A DNA stretch of 40,375 bases from Asterionella formosa (GCA_002256025.1 NKIB01014815.1:1-40375), one strand, 5' to 3'; counted from the first letter of the stretch, positions 21,880-33,764 are shown. Notes: a model not told the origin generated them from the letters alone. Numbers and translations: made by a program.

Positions 21880-23700
21880 GGTCCAGTAGCGCAAATTTTA
21901 TGTGCACCTTTCCAGTTTCCATCCACTCCTGATGATTCATCTCATGCCTGCCAGACCAGATAGGCCAACAAAAGAAGCTAGTGACAGTGATTTCCGGTTG
22001 AAATTATAATGAAGATTTGTTACGTCATTTCAGCTGAATCTTTTTTTTCAGCTGAAATGAGATGAGCCTTCAAAATCTGGTGAATTGTTTTATTCTTTAA
22101 ATTAAATTAGCTGTAAGCATACATATTTCTGACACGCACAGGCCCCACGATTCATCTTATGTAATTTTTATGACACTTTTATTTAACCCCAAAAACTTTT
22201 TCTCTATTAAAACTTAGATTTATTTAGATAGCAGCAGGATGAGCAAAAGTGAGAGCAATCTGTTCTCTCAAATTCTTAGCTGTGGCCATGTGTACCTACT
22301 TGAAGTTGATCTTCAATAAAACTCAATAAACAATCAAATCTATTGATTGTTCACAGTCTTTCATCTTGTTGTACTTTTATACCGGAAAACTCCTCTGATT
22401 CAACATGAGTACTTCGAAGAAGAAGAATCGCAATGAGACAGTAGTGATGAAAAAAAGGAATGAAAAGGCGGCAGCAGGCACAACTTGAAATATGCAAAAC
22501 CCGAGCCACAAATGCAAGAAGTAATGAAAGGCGGCAGCAGGCACAACTCGAAATGCGGAAACCGGAACAACTCAATCAATAAATGAAAAGGCGACAGTAG
22601 TAAGAAAGACTCCAGTCAATGCGAATATGCAAGACAAAAATATTCACAACAAGTTAGAGCACAACAGCAGATGGATCAAGAAAGAGAATAAATTAAAGGG
22701 TGAAATATGTTGTCAGAGCAAAAGGCGAATATTAGATCAATAGTTACACTTAAAATGGACTACAGAGATGTAAGCAAGCCACATGGAATTACTGCCATTG
22801 TGCTAGCCCTATCTACAAATGATCTTGGACAAGGAACACAGGCAGTAAATGAACATGGAATTTACAGTATGATCCGGAAAAGGGAGAAATGAGAAGACAT
22901 ACTTTATCTCGCAAGAAAGATATATTGTCCGTATAAATGAGGCAGTAATTTCACCAAATTAGAATAAAATGAGACAATCAATTCGTGATGGAAGTAATTC
23001 GATTCTTCTTACATACAAAACACTGAAGTACATTGGTTATGTTCGGCAGGAGCATCTTGTAGTAACATGTCGTCAATGCCTTGGCTGACCATGACAAAAA
23101 AGCGAATATCTACATGAAAATTGAGAACGACGCTTTCCCACTCGGTCTGTAGACCATGCATAACATAGAAAATACAATCGTAAAAGAATTATTTTTAAAA
23201 ACACAAATATTGACGACGAAAATTAGAGATGCAAAATGGCACATGTTTTTGAAGTTTATGGATACACAATTCAAAACGACAATGCTCTGAACAGATTTGA
23301 AACTGTCACAGTAGCTGCACGACCAATACAACGACGAATAAGACAACAACATGATATGCTGCTGTAGGAAAATATTTGAAACAAGCTATTTTTAACTGAG
23401 AATTGGTTGTCTGTCATATTGACGCTGCAAAAGGATGCATGCTCATTGCATGCCTTGGGTTTCTATACAATGCACCCATATGAGTTAAGGGAATTTTCTT
23501 TCAATGATGTACAAAAATAATAGCATCGTTTGAGTGGCTTGCGGAAATTCCGGCAAGACAGAACTTTGTAGAACCTACACAAGATGGGTGTGTAAAAACA
23601 GGTATTTTAAGCTACGTCACTCCAGAAAAAAGTTTGTGGCTTGTGGCTTGTGCTGATTTCTGGTGCACAAATGCACCAAAATTTGGAAAATCAACTGATC
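21880..23700 (+). mobile_element. Decayed transposon-like region with ~63-bp internal direct repeats and a broken ORF
   Basis: AAAGGCGGCAGCAGGCACAACT repeats at ~22464 and ~22527 (a weaker copy at ~22587); stop-riddled coding-like fragment 'SIVTLKMDYRDVSKPHGITAIV...NEHGI' reminiscent of diatom integrase-type element C-termini. Ends uncertain. Confidence 0.4.
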
Positions 23701-24012
23701 ATAGAAAGCAATTCAACCAAAAACTATATCACTTCTTATTAGCATTTGTATGTTTTAAACTATGGAGAAGTGCATGTGTATGACATTTTGATCAACGAAA
23801 GTTGGCAATGCCAAACTCACCTTCATCGAGTCTCCCATCTATGTAAATCTAGTTGTGGCTATGTACATTAGGGGAGACCAAAGCATGGGATTTACGGTGT
23901 ATACTTATTTTATATGCAGGGTTCACATTTGCCTTTCAATAATGCCCATAAACACACAGTGACTTCATCGATGAAACACATATAGTTGCCAGCAGCATTT
24001 GTTTTTTGAGTC

Positions 24013-24961
24013 TTACACTTCAGGCTGCTCTGCTTCTGCGACATATGTTCCCTTGACAACATTGGCTTGAACCACGGGTGTTCCATCACCTTTCTCTATT
24101 TTCGTATATGTCACCGTTTGTGTTTCTGGAGGTGGTCGTGGAGGTTGTGTTGGTGCTGGCATTTGTTTCATCACTACCCCAGCTATGAACCAAAACACGA
24201 CACTGGTTATATTAAGCTTCGTGCCCCACTCAAGTTCACATGTGTCTTGATATCCATAGGTAGGGACCAATGGATTGTTGATGCAAGCATTGGAGCTCAA
24301 TAGGAACAAGGTAAATCCCTGAAACAAGGTAACAAGAATAAACACAAGACCTGCCTTTTTCCACGAGGCTTCTCCAAAATTCATGCAAGGAGCGAGCCAT
24401 GCGAAAAAAGCAAGGAACCCACCAATCACTGGTGCAATGATCGAAAATGCACGTGCTGTTTTCCATTTGGCATCAATGTCGACACTGTTTGGGTAATCAA
24501 CGCATTGATTGTTCTGTTGTTGGTACCAGACACTGAATTTAAGGGTGGGAGCAAGCCCGTTAATATTTGTAGAGTCAGGCGGAAAGGCAATAGTCTCGCA
24601 ATAGGTATTGGCGAGAAGCGAGAAGCCTAGAGCTAGAGAAGCAAAAAAGGCCGGGATCAAGGACTTGAAGCATGCGTTGCTGTGTATGTTTTGACCAACG
24701 GGACGAGTAGGACGTGTTAGAAAGCATAGTATGGTGCTTTGAAAATCTTGACTACTAGTTGTGGTGGGTAGGTAGCAACACCAAAGGCTTCGGCCGCCTG
24801 AGGATTCTTTTCAGTGGGCAACAAACGTTCCAGCGCGACTTGAGTGTCAACGACGAATGCTTGCCGCTGCCCATCCCTGTCGCCACCATGCACCCAAAAA
24901 CCATCAATGGGGGGTAGGGGTGTGTGTGCGTGTGCCCTGTAGTTAGTACTCACCGCGTCAT
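24013..24961 (-). CDS. Claudin/PMP22-like four-TM membrane protein, paralog 2; exons 24961-24954 and 24679-24013
   Basis: Same motifs as paralog 1 (YCET, CVDY, DIDAKWKTARAF, LFQGFTLFLLSSNAC, CELEWGTKLNI). ATGACGCG|GTGAGT...ATACACAG|C gives MTRNACFKSLIPAF; Pro-rich C-terminal tail. Confidence 0.8.
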
Positions 24962-25594
24962 GGTCAATTTCTCACTTGTCGGCTGCTATATTATTATTGA
25001 AATTTTCAATTAATCTTGTCAACAGCCTGGTTGTAATTGATCTTGGCAAAGGTTTGCAACACGACAAGAATGAATGAAGCAATGTGTAAAATACCACTGG
25101 TAGGAAATAAGTGACATTTTAGTCATGTACTGTGTTACCGGCACAAGGCGGTACCAGGTAGTAGACCCCAGTACTGAAGTAACTGGTACTGGTGCTGTGC
25201 CCTGATGGTTCCGATATGATGACGGTTCCAAATTGGATATGGTCATTCCCATTTCGGCCGAAGAACAACGAGGCATTTTGCGCGCTTGGCTTTGTGAATT
25301 GTCGATGACCAGGCGAGTTTCGTACAAAAGCTACAGGTGAATCTGAACAGGCATCAATATCTTTGCCGCAAAGGTCCTTCCTTGACTGCCAACTAAAGTC
25401 ACTGAGGCATCATCAGGGAACAGAGCCCTCGAAAGTCAAGCTCTCATTCATCGAACCCCACTGCATTCATTTCTCGGCATCTCCTTCACCACATCACACA
25501 TCCCCCGACGAAGAAGGCCAAGCGCTCCCATTGAACGAACGAAACTCTGCGCAGGACCCAATCACTTTGGTCGAACGAGTCGAACCGAGCCGCC

Positions 25595-27397
25595 ATGACC
25601 ATTCCTGGTGCTCCTTGCGTGACGCCGGCATTGTACTTGACACCCCAGTTGGAGAAGCGCCAGGACGGACTGGCTCCGAAATACTTCGACGCCAACAGAG
25701 AAGTTGACGACAGCACGGCGGCCATGACCAAGTCGTATAGAACATCCACGAAGTACTTGAACAACGAAGGGGCGAGCATTGAGGACGAACTACAAGGGGT
25801 CATTGACTCCGTTACCGACACGCTGGACAATCTGCTAGATCCATTAGGCAAGAAGGACCTGACGCACATGACGTTCGAGCCCAAGGGCTGTTCCTGGACA
25901 CTGCAATTCAGCCCCAGCCTTCGAGCAGGCGCGTTCGAGCTCGTGGTTGTTTGCAGTTGTTGTCCAGAAGACAGTCACAACGTCGCGTATGTGGTCGAGA
26001 CGGCTATCGTTCCAAAGTCGGGCACTTCCGCGGGACCAAATGACCCGGGCTTCAAGGAAGCCAAGGCGTGCTTTGACTTCACAGCTCTTCAGGTCAGGAA
26101 GGCCGTGGTCAAGTGTGAATTTCCTAAATTTCCCGAAGGCTGCAAGGGCAAGCCCTTTCGTGATATCTATCAATTGAATGCGAGGGTGAGTGCGATTCTG
26201 CCAAGAGCAGAAAGGTAGAGGACCGGGCTTATCCTGCTAGCGATTTCATGTCGCTTCGTTGCCAACAGTATGATTTTCTCCAATATATTGACTAACCAAT
26301 GCCCTCATCGGACCTATCGACCGACACCTTTACAGCTAAAGTCGGGGTCGTTTGCTACCGTCTGTCGAGGAACGCATCGGGTTACTGGCAAAAAAGTTGC
26401 CATCAAGTGCGTCTTACGAAAGGATCTGCCTCCCTCCGACGATGCTGCCATTTACGACGAAGTCGCTATTTTGGCATCCGTTGAACATCCGCATATAGTT
26501 CCGCTGATTGATTTCTTTGACGAAAAGGAATGCTATTTTATTGTCATGGAACTCATGTCTGGAGGGGATCTCTTTGATCGAATCGGGAAAAAGAAATCTT
26601 ACAGTGAAGCTGATGCAAGGGACCTTTGTATCAAGATGATCAAGGCTATGGCCTATTGTCATACGAAGAAGATAGCACACTGTGATATGAAACCAAAGAA
26701 CCTTTTGCTTGTGGTGAGTAATTTCTACCATCAAAAGAGTTTTCAAAAAATGTACATCACTGATTCATTCATGCCGCTCACCCCTCTCGCTTCATTCATT
26801 TTTTTTAAGTCGGACGAGAATGATTCATACATCAAACTAGCTGATTTTGGTTTCGCAGCTCGGGTCCATCAGCCGAAGTCACTCACCAAGCAGTGTGGAA
26901 CTCCCTTCTTTGTCGCTCCTGAAATTCTCATGCGGGAATCATATGATGAAATGTCTGATATGTGGTCTGTGGGCTGTATTGTCTACTTATTATTGAGTGG
27001 TCACCTTCCGTTTATGGGCCGTACCCAGAAGGAACTCTTCCGCAAGATTGTCATTGGGAAGTATGATTTCCCAGACGACAGTTGGGAGGGAGTATCGGAG
27101 GATGCAAAAGATATCATCACCAAATTGTTGGTAATCAACCCTGACGATAGAATGACAGCCCATCAAGCACTGCGTCACAGATGGATCATGGGAGATAAGC
27201 GCCGCCTGTCGCGCATTAAGTTGGCGGGTACCTCACAGAGACTAAAGACGTTCAACGCTAGAATGAAGTTGCGATCTGCTATGATTGCGGTCGACTGGGT
27301 ATCGTCACTCAAGCGAATGTCAGTTGTGACGGACATTTCGGAAACTCAAAAAGAAGCTGAAAGATTAAAGTTTCAGTCAGCAGAAGTGAATGAGTAG
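25595..27397 (+). CDS. CaMK-group Ser/Thr kinase with an uncharacterised ~190-aa N-terminal domain; exons 25595-26185, 26336-26713, 26810-27397
   Basis: VAIK, HCDMKPKNLLL, KLADFG, CGTPFFVAPE, DMWSVG and a CaM-binding-like LKTFNARMKLRSAM. Introns 26186-26335 (GTGAGT...TACAG) and 26714-26809 (GTGAGT...TTAAG). Confidence 0.9.
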
Positions 27398-27967
27398 ATG
27401 AATACGAGTAAGGGCAGTGGAGAACTTAACTTACCAGTCAAGTCTCTTTTGACTTCCAAACTTGTGGTTGTTGGGATGGTGTAATGCAGCAAAATGGAAA
27501 CGAAACAACACTAGAGATGGTGGGAATCAGCAGTACTAATTGAGCAGAAAGAAGCTCGAAACAGGAAGAATAGTTTACTGCATGTTGATAGTTTCAACAA
27601 ACTTAAAAGTTTTGCTTGATGAAGTTGATTGGTGTGCTTCTTTCATGTGTTCTGATTCATGGTACATTAGACTATGATGCGAATAGCAACAAACACAAAC
27701 CTCGACATCTTCTAGGTGTTGTTTTGTATACAAAAGAACTTTTTTTGCTTCAAAGTTGTTGCGAATACAAAATAAACTTTTTACTATTTGCGTATACTAA
27801 TCACAATGAAAAAACTGTTCGATAAACCAACACAGAATACAAAAAAAATTGTTGGGGCGACAATCATGTTCTACAATGTCGTCGTTCCTCCTGCTGTTAC
27901 TATAACTACAACAGGTTCGGCTCAAAACACACATACACATTCTTCATGTGTGTTGTTATAAAAGTAT

Positions 27968-28705
27968 TTACTTCTTGGTCACTTGTCCAAGAATAGTAGC
28001 ACCAATAAAGGATGCCGAAGGAGCTGCAACTCCAAGAACTCCCACAGCTAGAGTTTGAACAGCAACATTGATCAAGGTATCATCTGGAATAAGCACAACT
28101 GCACCAACAGCTGCTGCCAAGGATGCAAGTCCAGCCGCTTGAAGAGTCGCTGGTGGAATTCCAATTGCAGATGCCAACAGAGGGAGGGCAGGAGGAGCGA
28201 GTTTGATGATGTTTGGCAACAAAGGAATGAGTTCCGGGCCGGAGGCTTCGACAAGAATGAGAACGTCAGGGCTGTCTGCTGCCAGGGCGAGGAGGGGTTC
28301 CAGGGATTTAAGGGAGACCCCGGCTTCTTGTGCCTTGGATAAAAGTCCAGATTGAGCAACCTGGGTGAGGAGGCCTGACTTTTCAATGCTGACGAGAAGG
28401 TCCCTAACAGCGACATTGTTTCCGATGGAGTCGACTTCGGCTTTAGCAATTGCAGGGAGTCTGCTGGAGAAGGCAGCCTTTGGCTGTGGAGTGAAGGCAG
28501 CAGCAGAGGTTGCAATGAGAGCTGTATGAGAAAGGATGTTAGTGTCAGACAATGGTTTAGAACTTGGCACGTTGAACGTCAAGGTCAGGGAAGGAGTGTG
28601 CTACGACAAACTTGCGTGCTTGCTTCCTTCCTTTGAAAACCCCCAACACTAGGTGCAGTCATTTGCTGTCCACGTACCACCGATGAAAAGGCTAATCTTG
28701 ACCAT
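27968..28705 (-). CDS. DUF1118-like plastid membrane protein; exons 28705-28678 and 28521-27968
   Basis: Spliced N-terminus MVKISLFIGALIATSAAA-FTP (ASAF-type cleavage); 'LLVSIEKSGLLTQVAQSGLLSKAQEAGVSL' and a C-terminal hairpin TM with 'LIPDD'. Confidence 0.75.
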
Positions 28706-28944
28706 GGTGAACAACGTAGAACAAGTCTATTTCGACAAGTAGCAACACAATCGTCTATTAGTGCCGGTAGACTAGTAGAATAGAGTAGAGCTGTTTTGCA
28801 AAAAAGCCAATTACCCGGTATTTCAACGACGAGGAGGGACCGTCAAAACGAGGACATGATGACGACGTAAAACATGGCCCTCCCAGGCCGCACCAAGCAA
28901 AGATCGCCACGCACGTGTTCAACTCTCGTCTACTACATGATACA

Positions 28945-29405
28945 GCCTGGTACCTCTACTACATGATACACCCTGGTACCTGGTGCTAGTACTTTTTACC
29001 TGTACTGGTACAAGGTACCTGGGACCTGGTACTCTCGTACCATAGTACTCGTAGTAACCCTGGTGGTACCCACCAGGCAATTGGCAGGAGAGGAAATCAT
29101 GGCTGGCTGAGGATCGAGATAGAACGCAAGTCGAGGGAGTCGAAGATCTAAGTATAGTTGTAGGAACCAACGCAGAGAAGTCTGTAGTATCGGTACATAC
29201 GACTCCTGGTACCAGTTCGTCCAGCAGGGACTTGCATATCTTAGACAGTACATTCCTGTGCTGTGTACCTGGGACTCCATGTACTGAATCAAAAAAGCAG
29301 GCATTGGTGCAGTATGTACAGTTACATATGCACCAGAACGGAGAACCAGAATTGTACCCGTAGCGTGTATCAATAAAATCACTATGGGCGGTACCTGGTA
29401 CTACC
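28945..29405. repeat. (GGTACCW)n clusters in the divergent DUF1118/PTH2 intergenic region
   Basis: CCTGGTACC, CCTGGTACCTGG, GGTACAAGGTACCTGGGACCTGGTAC, CCTGGTACCAG and GGTACCTGGTAC; adjoins a 26-bp tandem duplication TCTACTACATGATACA(G/C)CCTGGTACC starting ~28929. Confidence 0.8.
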
Positions 29406-29500
29406 CATCATATAGCGTTCCGGTACGTGAAGGTATGATAGGGCAGTCTTTGAGGTAAGAGCGGTAGGAATGTAGCCCAATAAGGCCTGATCAAATCAGC

Positions 29501-30064
29501 ATGACGGACATGACGGCAAGCAGAACCAATTGGCTCTACTTTCTCGCTGGGGCTCTTCTCCCAACTCTTGCATTTGTTCTATTACGACCAGCCAAGCCTA
29601 CTTCCTCCGTCGAAAGTGACGACCACGATGAGAATGACGACAATGACGACGACGACGACGACCTCGCCGACATTTCCACCTCTGGCCCGTCCTCCCAATG
29701 GGGCTATTCGGATGCCCCGTACAAATTGGTCCTTTGCGTCAATAACGATCTAGGTATGGGCAAGGGGAAAATTGCTGCCCAATGCGGACATGCTGCCGTG
29801 GGGTGTTACAAGGTGGCATCCAAACAATGTCCTTCGGGGCTGCGGGCCTGGGAACGAACCGGTTGTGCCAAGATTGCACTCAAAACGCCAGCTACAGAAA
29901 TGGAACATCTTGCCATTCAGGCGTTGGAACGAGATCTGCCTATTTATTTAGTGGAAGATGCGGGACGCACGCAAATTGCTGCAGGGTCTCAGACGGTCCT
30001 GGGAATAGGGCCAGCACCCACTTGGGCGTTTGAAGGACTTACAACTCATTTAAAGTTAATGTAG
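29501..30064 (+). CDS. PTH2: Peptidyl-tRNA hydrolase 2 with an N-terminal membrane anchor
   Basis: Motifs KLVLCVNNDLGMGKGKIAAQCGHA and VEDAGRTQIAAGSQTVLGIGPAP, ending THLKLM. Confidence 0.95.
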   Translation: MTDMTASRTNWLYFLAGALLPTLAFVLLRPAKPTSSVESDDHDENDDNDDDDDDLADISTSGPSSQWGYSDAPYKLVLCVNNDLGMGKGKIAAQCGHAAVGCYKVASKQCPSGLRAWERTGCAKIALKTPATEMEHLAIQALERDLPIYLVEDAGRTQIAAGSQTVLGIGPAPTWAFEGLTTHLKLM

Positions 30065-30182
30065 TGTAGCAACATGCAACCGACAAAATGCAAGAAAAAT
30101 ATGGTATGGGAACGAGGGGCTTGTATACATCATTCTATTGCATTTTTTAGTTGGGGGTTTATTTGCCCCAAATTCATGTGTT

Positions 30183-32006
30183 TCAAGCAATCTCGGGAAC
30201 TCCACCTTCGTCTCTCTCTGGATCGTCTCTGTACCGCTTGTCAAAGTTATCGTCCTCCGACAAGGTTGGAAATTCCAATTCGGACGTTTGAGCTTGGTAT
30301 GCATGAGATGGTGCGCAAGCACGTCCACAGCAGATCCCGCACAAGCAGAAAAGAAACAAGGTGGCAAGGACAACACCTCGGCAAGCATAATCGGAACACG
30401 CCTCGACGGCGGGATGGATGTAAGGCTTTGTGTCATCGGCGGGAGTATCCTTGTTATGACTGTCCGCTGATGGATTTGTCGATTTACCTTTATTTTTACT
30501 GCTCGAAGCTTGCTTGGTCGGAAGAACAGAAATATCAAAACCACTGTCAGCCACTAATTTAGTATAATCACAGTTGGATTCGGCAAAGCCAATTCGACTA
30601 TTGTCGATGTCAAAAAAGACATCATGGCCCATCATAGTGTTGGCGCCAAGTACACTGCCACCTCCTTCGTCTGTGTAAAATCTGGCGATATACTTTTCCT
30701 CTTTCTCATCATACTCCATGTAATGGGAAGGAGGCAATGCCAGGATAACATCGTAGGGATTACTCGGATCCAAGGCTGCTGCCAAACCAACGGCAATGGA
30801 TGGGTCTGGGAACATGCTACCGTTCATCGTCTCGTCACCGGAAATTTGAAATAAAATTGTAGGAAGATTGTTCAATTCTTCGTCCGTCAGAGATAAAGGA
30901 TTGTGATTGTAGCTCTTGCCAACAAACTCTTTGAAGGCCTTTTGAAAAGCTGATCCAGCGTTACGATTAAAGTATGTGTCTGTCGTTCCACTATCAACAA
31001 TGACATTTCCTTGGTTCAAAGCATTTTCAGTAACATCCAACTGTACCACCTTTAGACTTGGATTCGACGATACACTTGAGTCACCTCCACCTCCTTCTCT
31101 CAGGTACATTTTGCGAATGTGAACATTATAGAATCCCCCATTAGATTTGTCGGACGTGTACACCATTTTGCTCGTGTGTAATCTTGTTTCTGTGCCTCCC
31201 AATGTCATGGCACCTGCTTCAGTCCCCGCTCTGCTCGCTGTGGGCTGACGTGAAAAACAAAGTGAAAATTGTTTGTTGAGCATGAGACCGGAGTTTTGCA
31301 TTTGCGCCCAGAATGCAGTAGCGGCATTGTCCATTCCCATAATGCCATCTGCGAGCTGAGTCTTGAATAGCCCAGTTAGTTTTGTTTGACATCCAAAAGT
31401 CATGCGAAAGGAAAAGGCCCTGGCGTGCATCGGGTCCAGATCCGAGTCCGTCCCCGCGACTGAAAGCAACGGGATGCTATGCGGGCCCCCAACATACGAA
31501 GCATCGCTACACTCAAAGGCGCTCCAACTACTCCCTTCTTGATATGACATGCCGATGATACAACTATCTTCTGCGCCTCCACTAGCACTGCAGTGCCCTC
31601 GGGTGCAGCTGCTGCAGGCTATCTTTTCAAAGGTCGAGGAGTCGCCCTCCATAAAGTAGCCATCAATATGGTGGCCCTCGCCACAATCCTTACAGCTCGA
31701 ACAAGGAAAAGCAGTGACGCCGGATCCGGTGTCGACAATGAGCGTTTGGCGCTGAGGGGGGGTCCCGACCCAAAGATCAATGTAGTGCGTTCCGTACCCC
31801 TGGTAGAGTCCTGCCACTTGCACGGCGTCTTGTCGGCGTCTGACGCTTTCCTCCAGTGCGCGATTACGACGGCGACGTTGAACATGAGCGGGGATGAGAG
31901 GAAGCGTGCGAACGGAGGATACTTGCTGGCTCTCAGTGGAAGTGCTGTCTGCCGCAGTGGCGGATGCCAGCAGTGCGACCAAAGCAAAGGCGAATTCTAA
32001 CTTCAT
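30183..32006 (-). CDS. A1 aspartic protease, plasmepsin V-like (signal peptide, C-terminal TM helix)
   Basis: Catalytic DTGS and DSGT motifs; Cys-rich insert (PCSSCKDCG..H..C..C..C..C); SYQEGSSW; FGCQ...GLFKTQLADGIMG; VLGAN; RIGFAESNC; TM near the C-terminus. Start at ATG 32006. Confidence 0.9.
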   Translation of the reverse strand: MKLEFAFALVALLASATAADSTSTESQQVSSVRTLPLIPAHVQRRRRNRALEESVRRRQDAVQVAGLYQGYGTHYIDLWVGTPPQRQTLIVDTGSGVTAFPCSSCKDCGEGHHIDGYFMEGDSSTFEKIACSSCTRGHCSASGGAEDSCIIGMSYQEGSSWSAFECSDASYVGGPHSIPLLSVAGTDSDLDPMHARAFSFRMTFGCQTKLTGLFKTQLADGIMGMDNAATAFWAQMQNSGLMLNKQFSLCFSRQPTASRAGTEAGAMTLGGTETRLHTSKMVYTSDKSNGGFYNVHIRKMYLREGGGGDSSVSSNPSLKVVQLDVTENALNQGNVIVDSGTTDTYFNRNAGSAFQKAFKEFVGKSYNHNPLSLTDEELNNLPTILFQISGDETMNGSMFPDPSIAVGLAAALDPSNPYDVILALPPSHYMEYDEKEEKYIARFYTDEGGGSVLGANTMMGHDVFFDIDNSRIGFAESNCDYTKLVADSGFDISVLPTKQASSSKNKGKSTNPSADSHNKDTPADDTKPYIHPAVEACSDYACRGVVLATLFLFCLCGICCGRACAPSHAYQAQTSELEFPTLSEDDNFDKRYRDDPERDEGGVPEIA

Positions 32007-32821
32007 GGAATTGTTTGATTTTCGTTCGATTCGAACGATATTGGACAAGACTACCGGTAGACGACGCAAGCTTGATGGCGTCTGGCTTCAAGGGACAACC
32101 AGCAAGACAAGAGACAACAAGAAAGAGAACTAGGCTCCACGGCTGCCGTGTTGACCGAACTCTTTTATGAATTAAAAACCAATGCCCGATGAGATATTTG
32201 CCAAGTTGCTTGATCGTTGTGCAAAATGCAAGCAGCTGATGGTCCTGTATAGGAAGGAGTACCAGGTACTGTATTTATATACTGCATGATGATATGATGA
32301 CCACACGTACCGGTAACTTCCAGCAGGGGTACGACATAATTTGTAGTCACAAGCAATTGTCTTTAGTTGCTACATCATCATACTCCTCCTCTCAGATATT
32401 CTATATGTGAGGGAACCATTATGTACCTGATAAGTTTATACCTGAATACATTATGATTTCATCATATACATGTGTGTGCAAAGGAACATATAGGCATGCA
32501 TACATTTTTGTGGTTTCAGTTGTGATAGCTGTGGTCTTTGAGCATTCAGCATTTGATATTCAGTTGGCGCCATTTACCTTTCTTTTAGACTGTATGATTG
32601 GAAGCCAACAACAAGGGGTGAAGGCCATTGGGTTCATGTTGATCTTAGTTATTGAAGCATGACTGGAAACAATCATTTTCTCTTTAGCTAGTAAACAGAA
32701 AGAACGTGGAGTATGCAATCTATGGTTTCAACTTCAAATTAGTAGTCAATTCATTCAGTTTCAATCATATAAATCCCGCCGACCACTGTTAGTGGGTCAA
32801 GTCGCACATTGTCTTATTCTG

Positions 32822-32891
32822 TTCCTTCATTCACACCGCCATACCTTCACTACACTATTCCTTCATTCACACCGCCATATCTTCGCTACAC
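32822..32891. repeat. 36-bp tandem duplication downstream of COX6A
   Basis: TTCCTTCATTCACACCGCCATA(C/T)CTTC(A/G)CTACAC occurs twice in tandem. Confidence 0.85.
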
Positions 32892-32920
32892 CTACCGTCC
32901 GTCTCGTAAGAAATAGAGCT

Positions 32921-33531
32921 CTAAGCCTTTCCCTTTTCCTCTCGGCACTTCTTCCAGCATGCCTCGTTAAACAAAGGACAATTCTCGCACTCCCAGGGAA
33001 AAGCCTTGTTCTGGATATTCATATAGTCAGGCTTGGGGCCAGCCCTGGGATGTCCATGCTCCGCAAACAATTGATCTTTCACTATTCCGATCAAACACAC
33101 TGGCAAACCCACATAAAACGTAATTCGAATCCACTTCCACATTTCCTCCACTTCTTCGGCTTGCGAATGTCCCTTGCTTTGTTCAACGGATTTCTGGTAA
33201 CGAAGGCGGGCACGAATCTGTTCCAGGGCTTCTGCCTTCATCTGTTCCTCTGTGCCAAAACGAGGGACAGTTTGGGCCGATCGTCGCTGAGAAACAGCGA
33301 CGGTGCGTGTGGCGAGGCGGCGAGCTGCAAACTGTTGGAATAAGGAAATATCAAGTTAGTTTGCAATAAGAAATAGGACTATTGTTACAATACTTGTTAT
33401 ATTTATGGGACAATGGCGCGATTGCCTGAAAGAGTCGCTTTCTCTTCATCAGTTCGCAATCGTGGATTTGCTGGCACTACTGCGAGATGGAGGAACGGCA
33501 TTCTCTTGGGCTTGAACTCGAAACTCACCAT
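32921..33531 (-). CDS. COX6A: Cytochrome c oxidase subunit 6A; exons 33531-33529 (ATG only) and 33331-32921
   Basis: ATG|GTGAGT...CCAACAG|TTT gives the mitochondrial presequence MFAARRLATRTVAVSQRR; then KWIRITFYVGLP TM and 'DYMNIQNKAFPWECENCPLFN'. Confidence 0.85.
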
Positions 33532-33764
33532 GGTGTTGAGGCTTCAAGAGAGGGACAATTGTGATTGAAATTGCCTCACAAACAACAGTATATCATGCAT
33601 AGAAACCCACGAAGGATTCGCTGCAGTACGGTATCAGTATGCCATATATACTGAGCACTGAGCCTGCCGGTATGTATCTGCCTGTACACCCAGCATATTG
33701 TACGTACGCCTATTTAGGTAGCGCAACGAGCGTAACAATGCAGCTACTAAATCAGACTCACCAT

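Noticed and set aside
24717..24953. Coding-looking ORF inside the intron of claudin-like paralog 2
   Set aside because: I found no donor site giving the phase needed to join exon 2, and the two-exon model matches paralog 1 exactly. RNA-seq could overturn this.
30056..32133. Overlapping or antisense ORFs within real genes (also within ABCF, PPAN, kinase, DUF1118, COX6A and PTOX)
   Set aside because: These are shadow frames of well-supported CDSs with no recognisable motifs.
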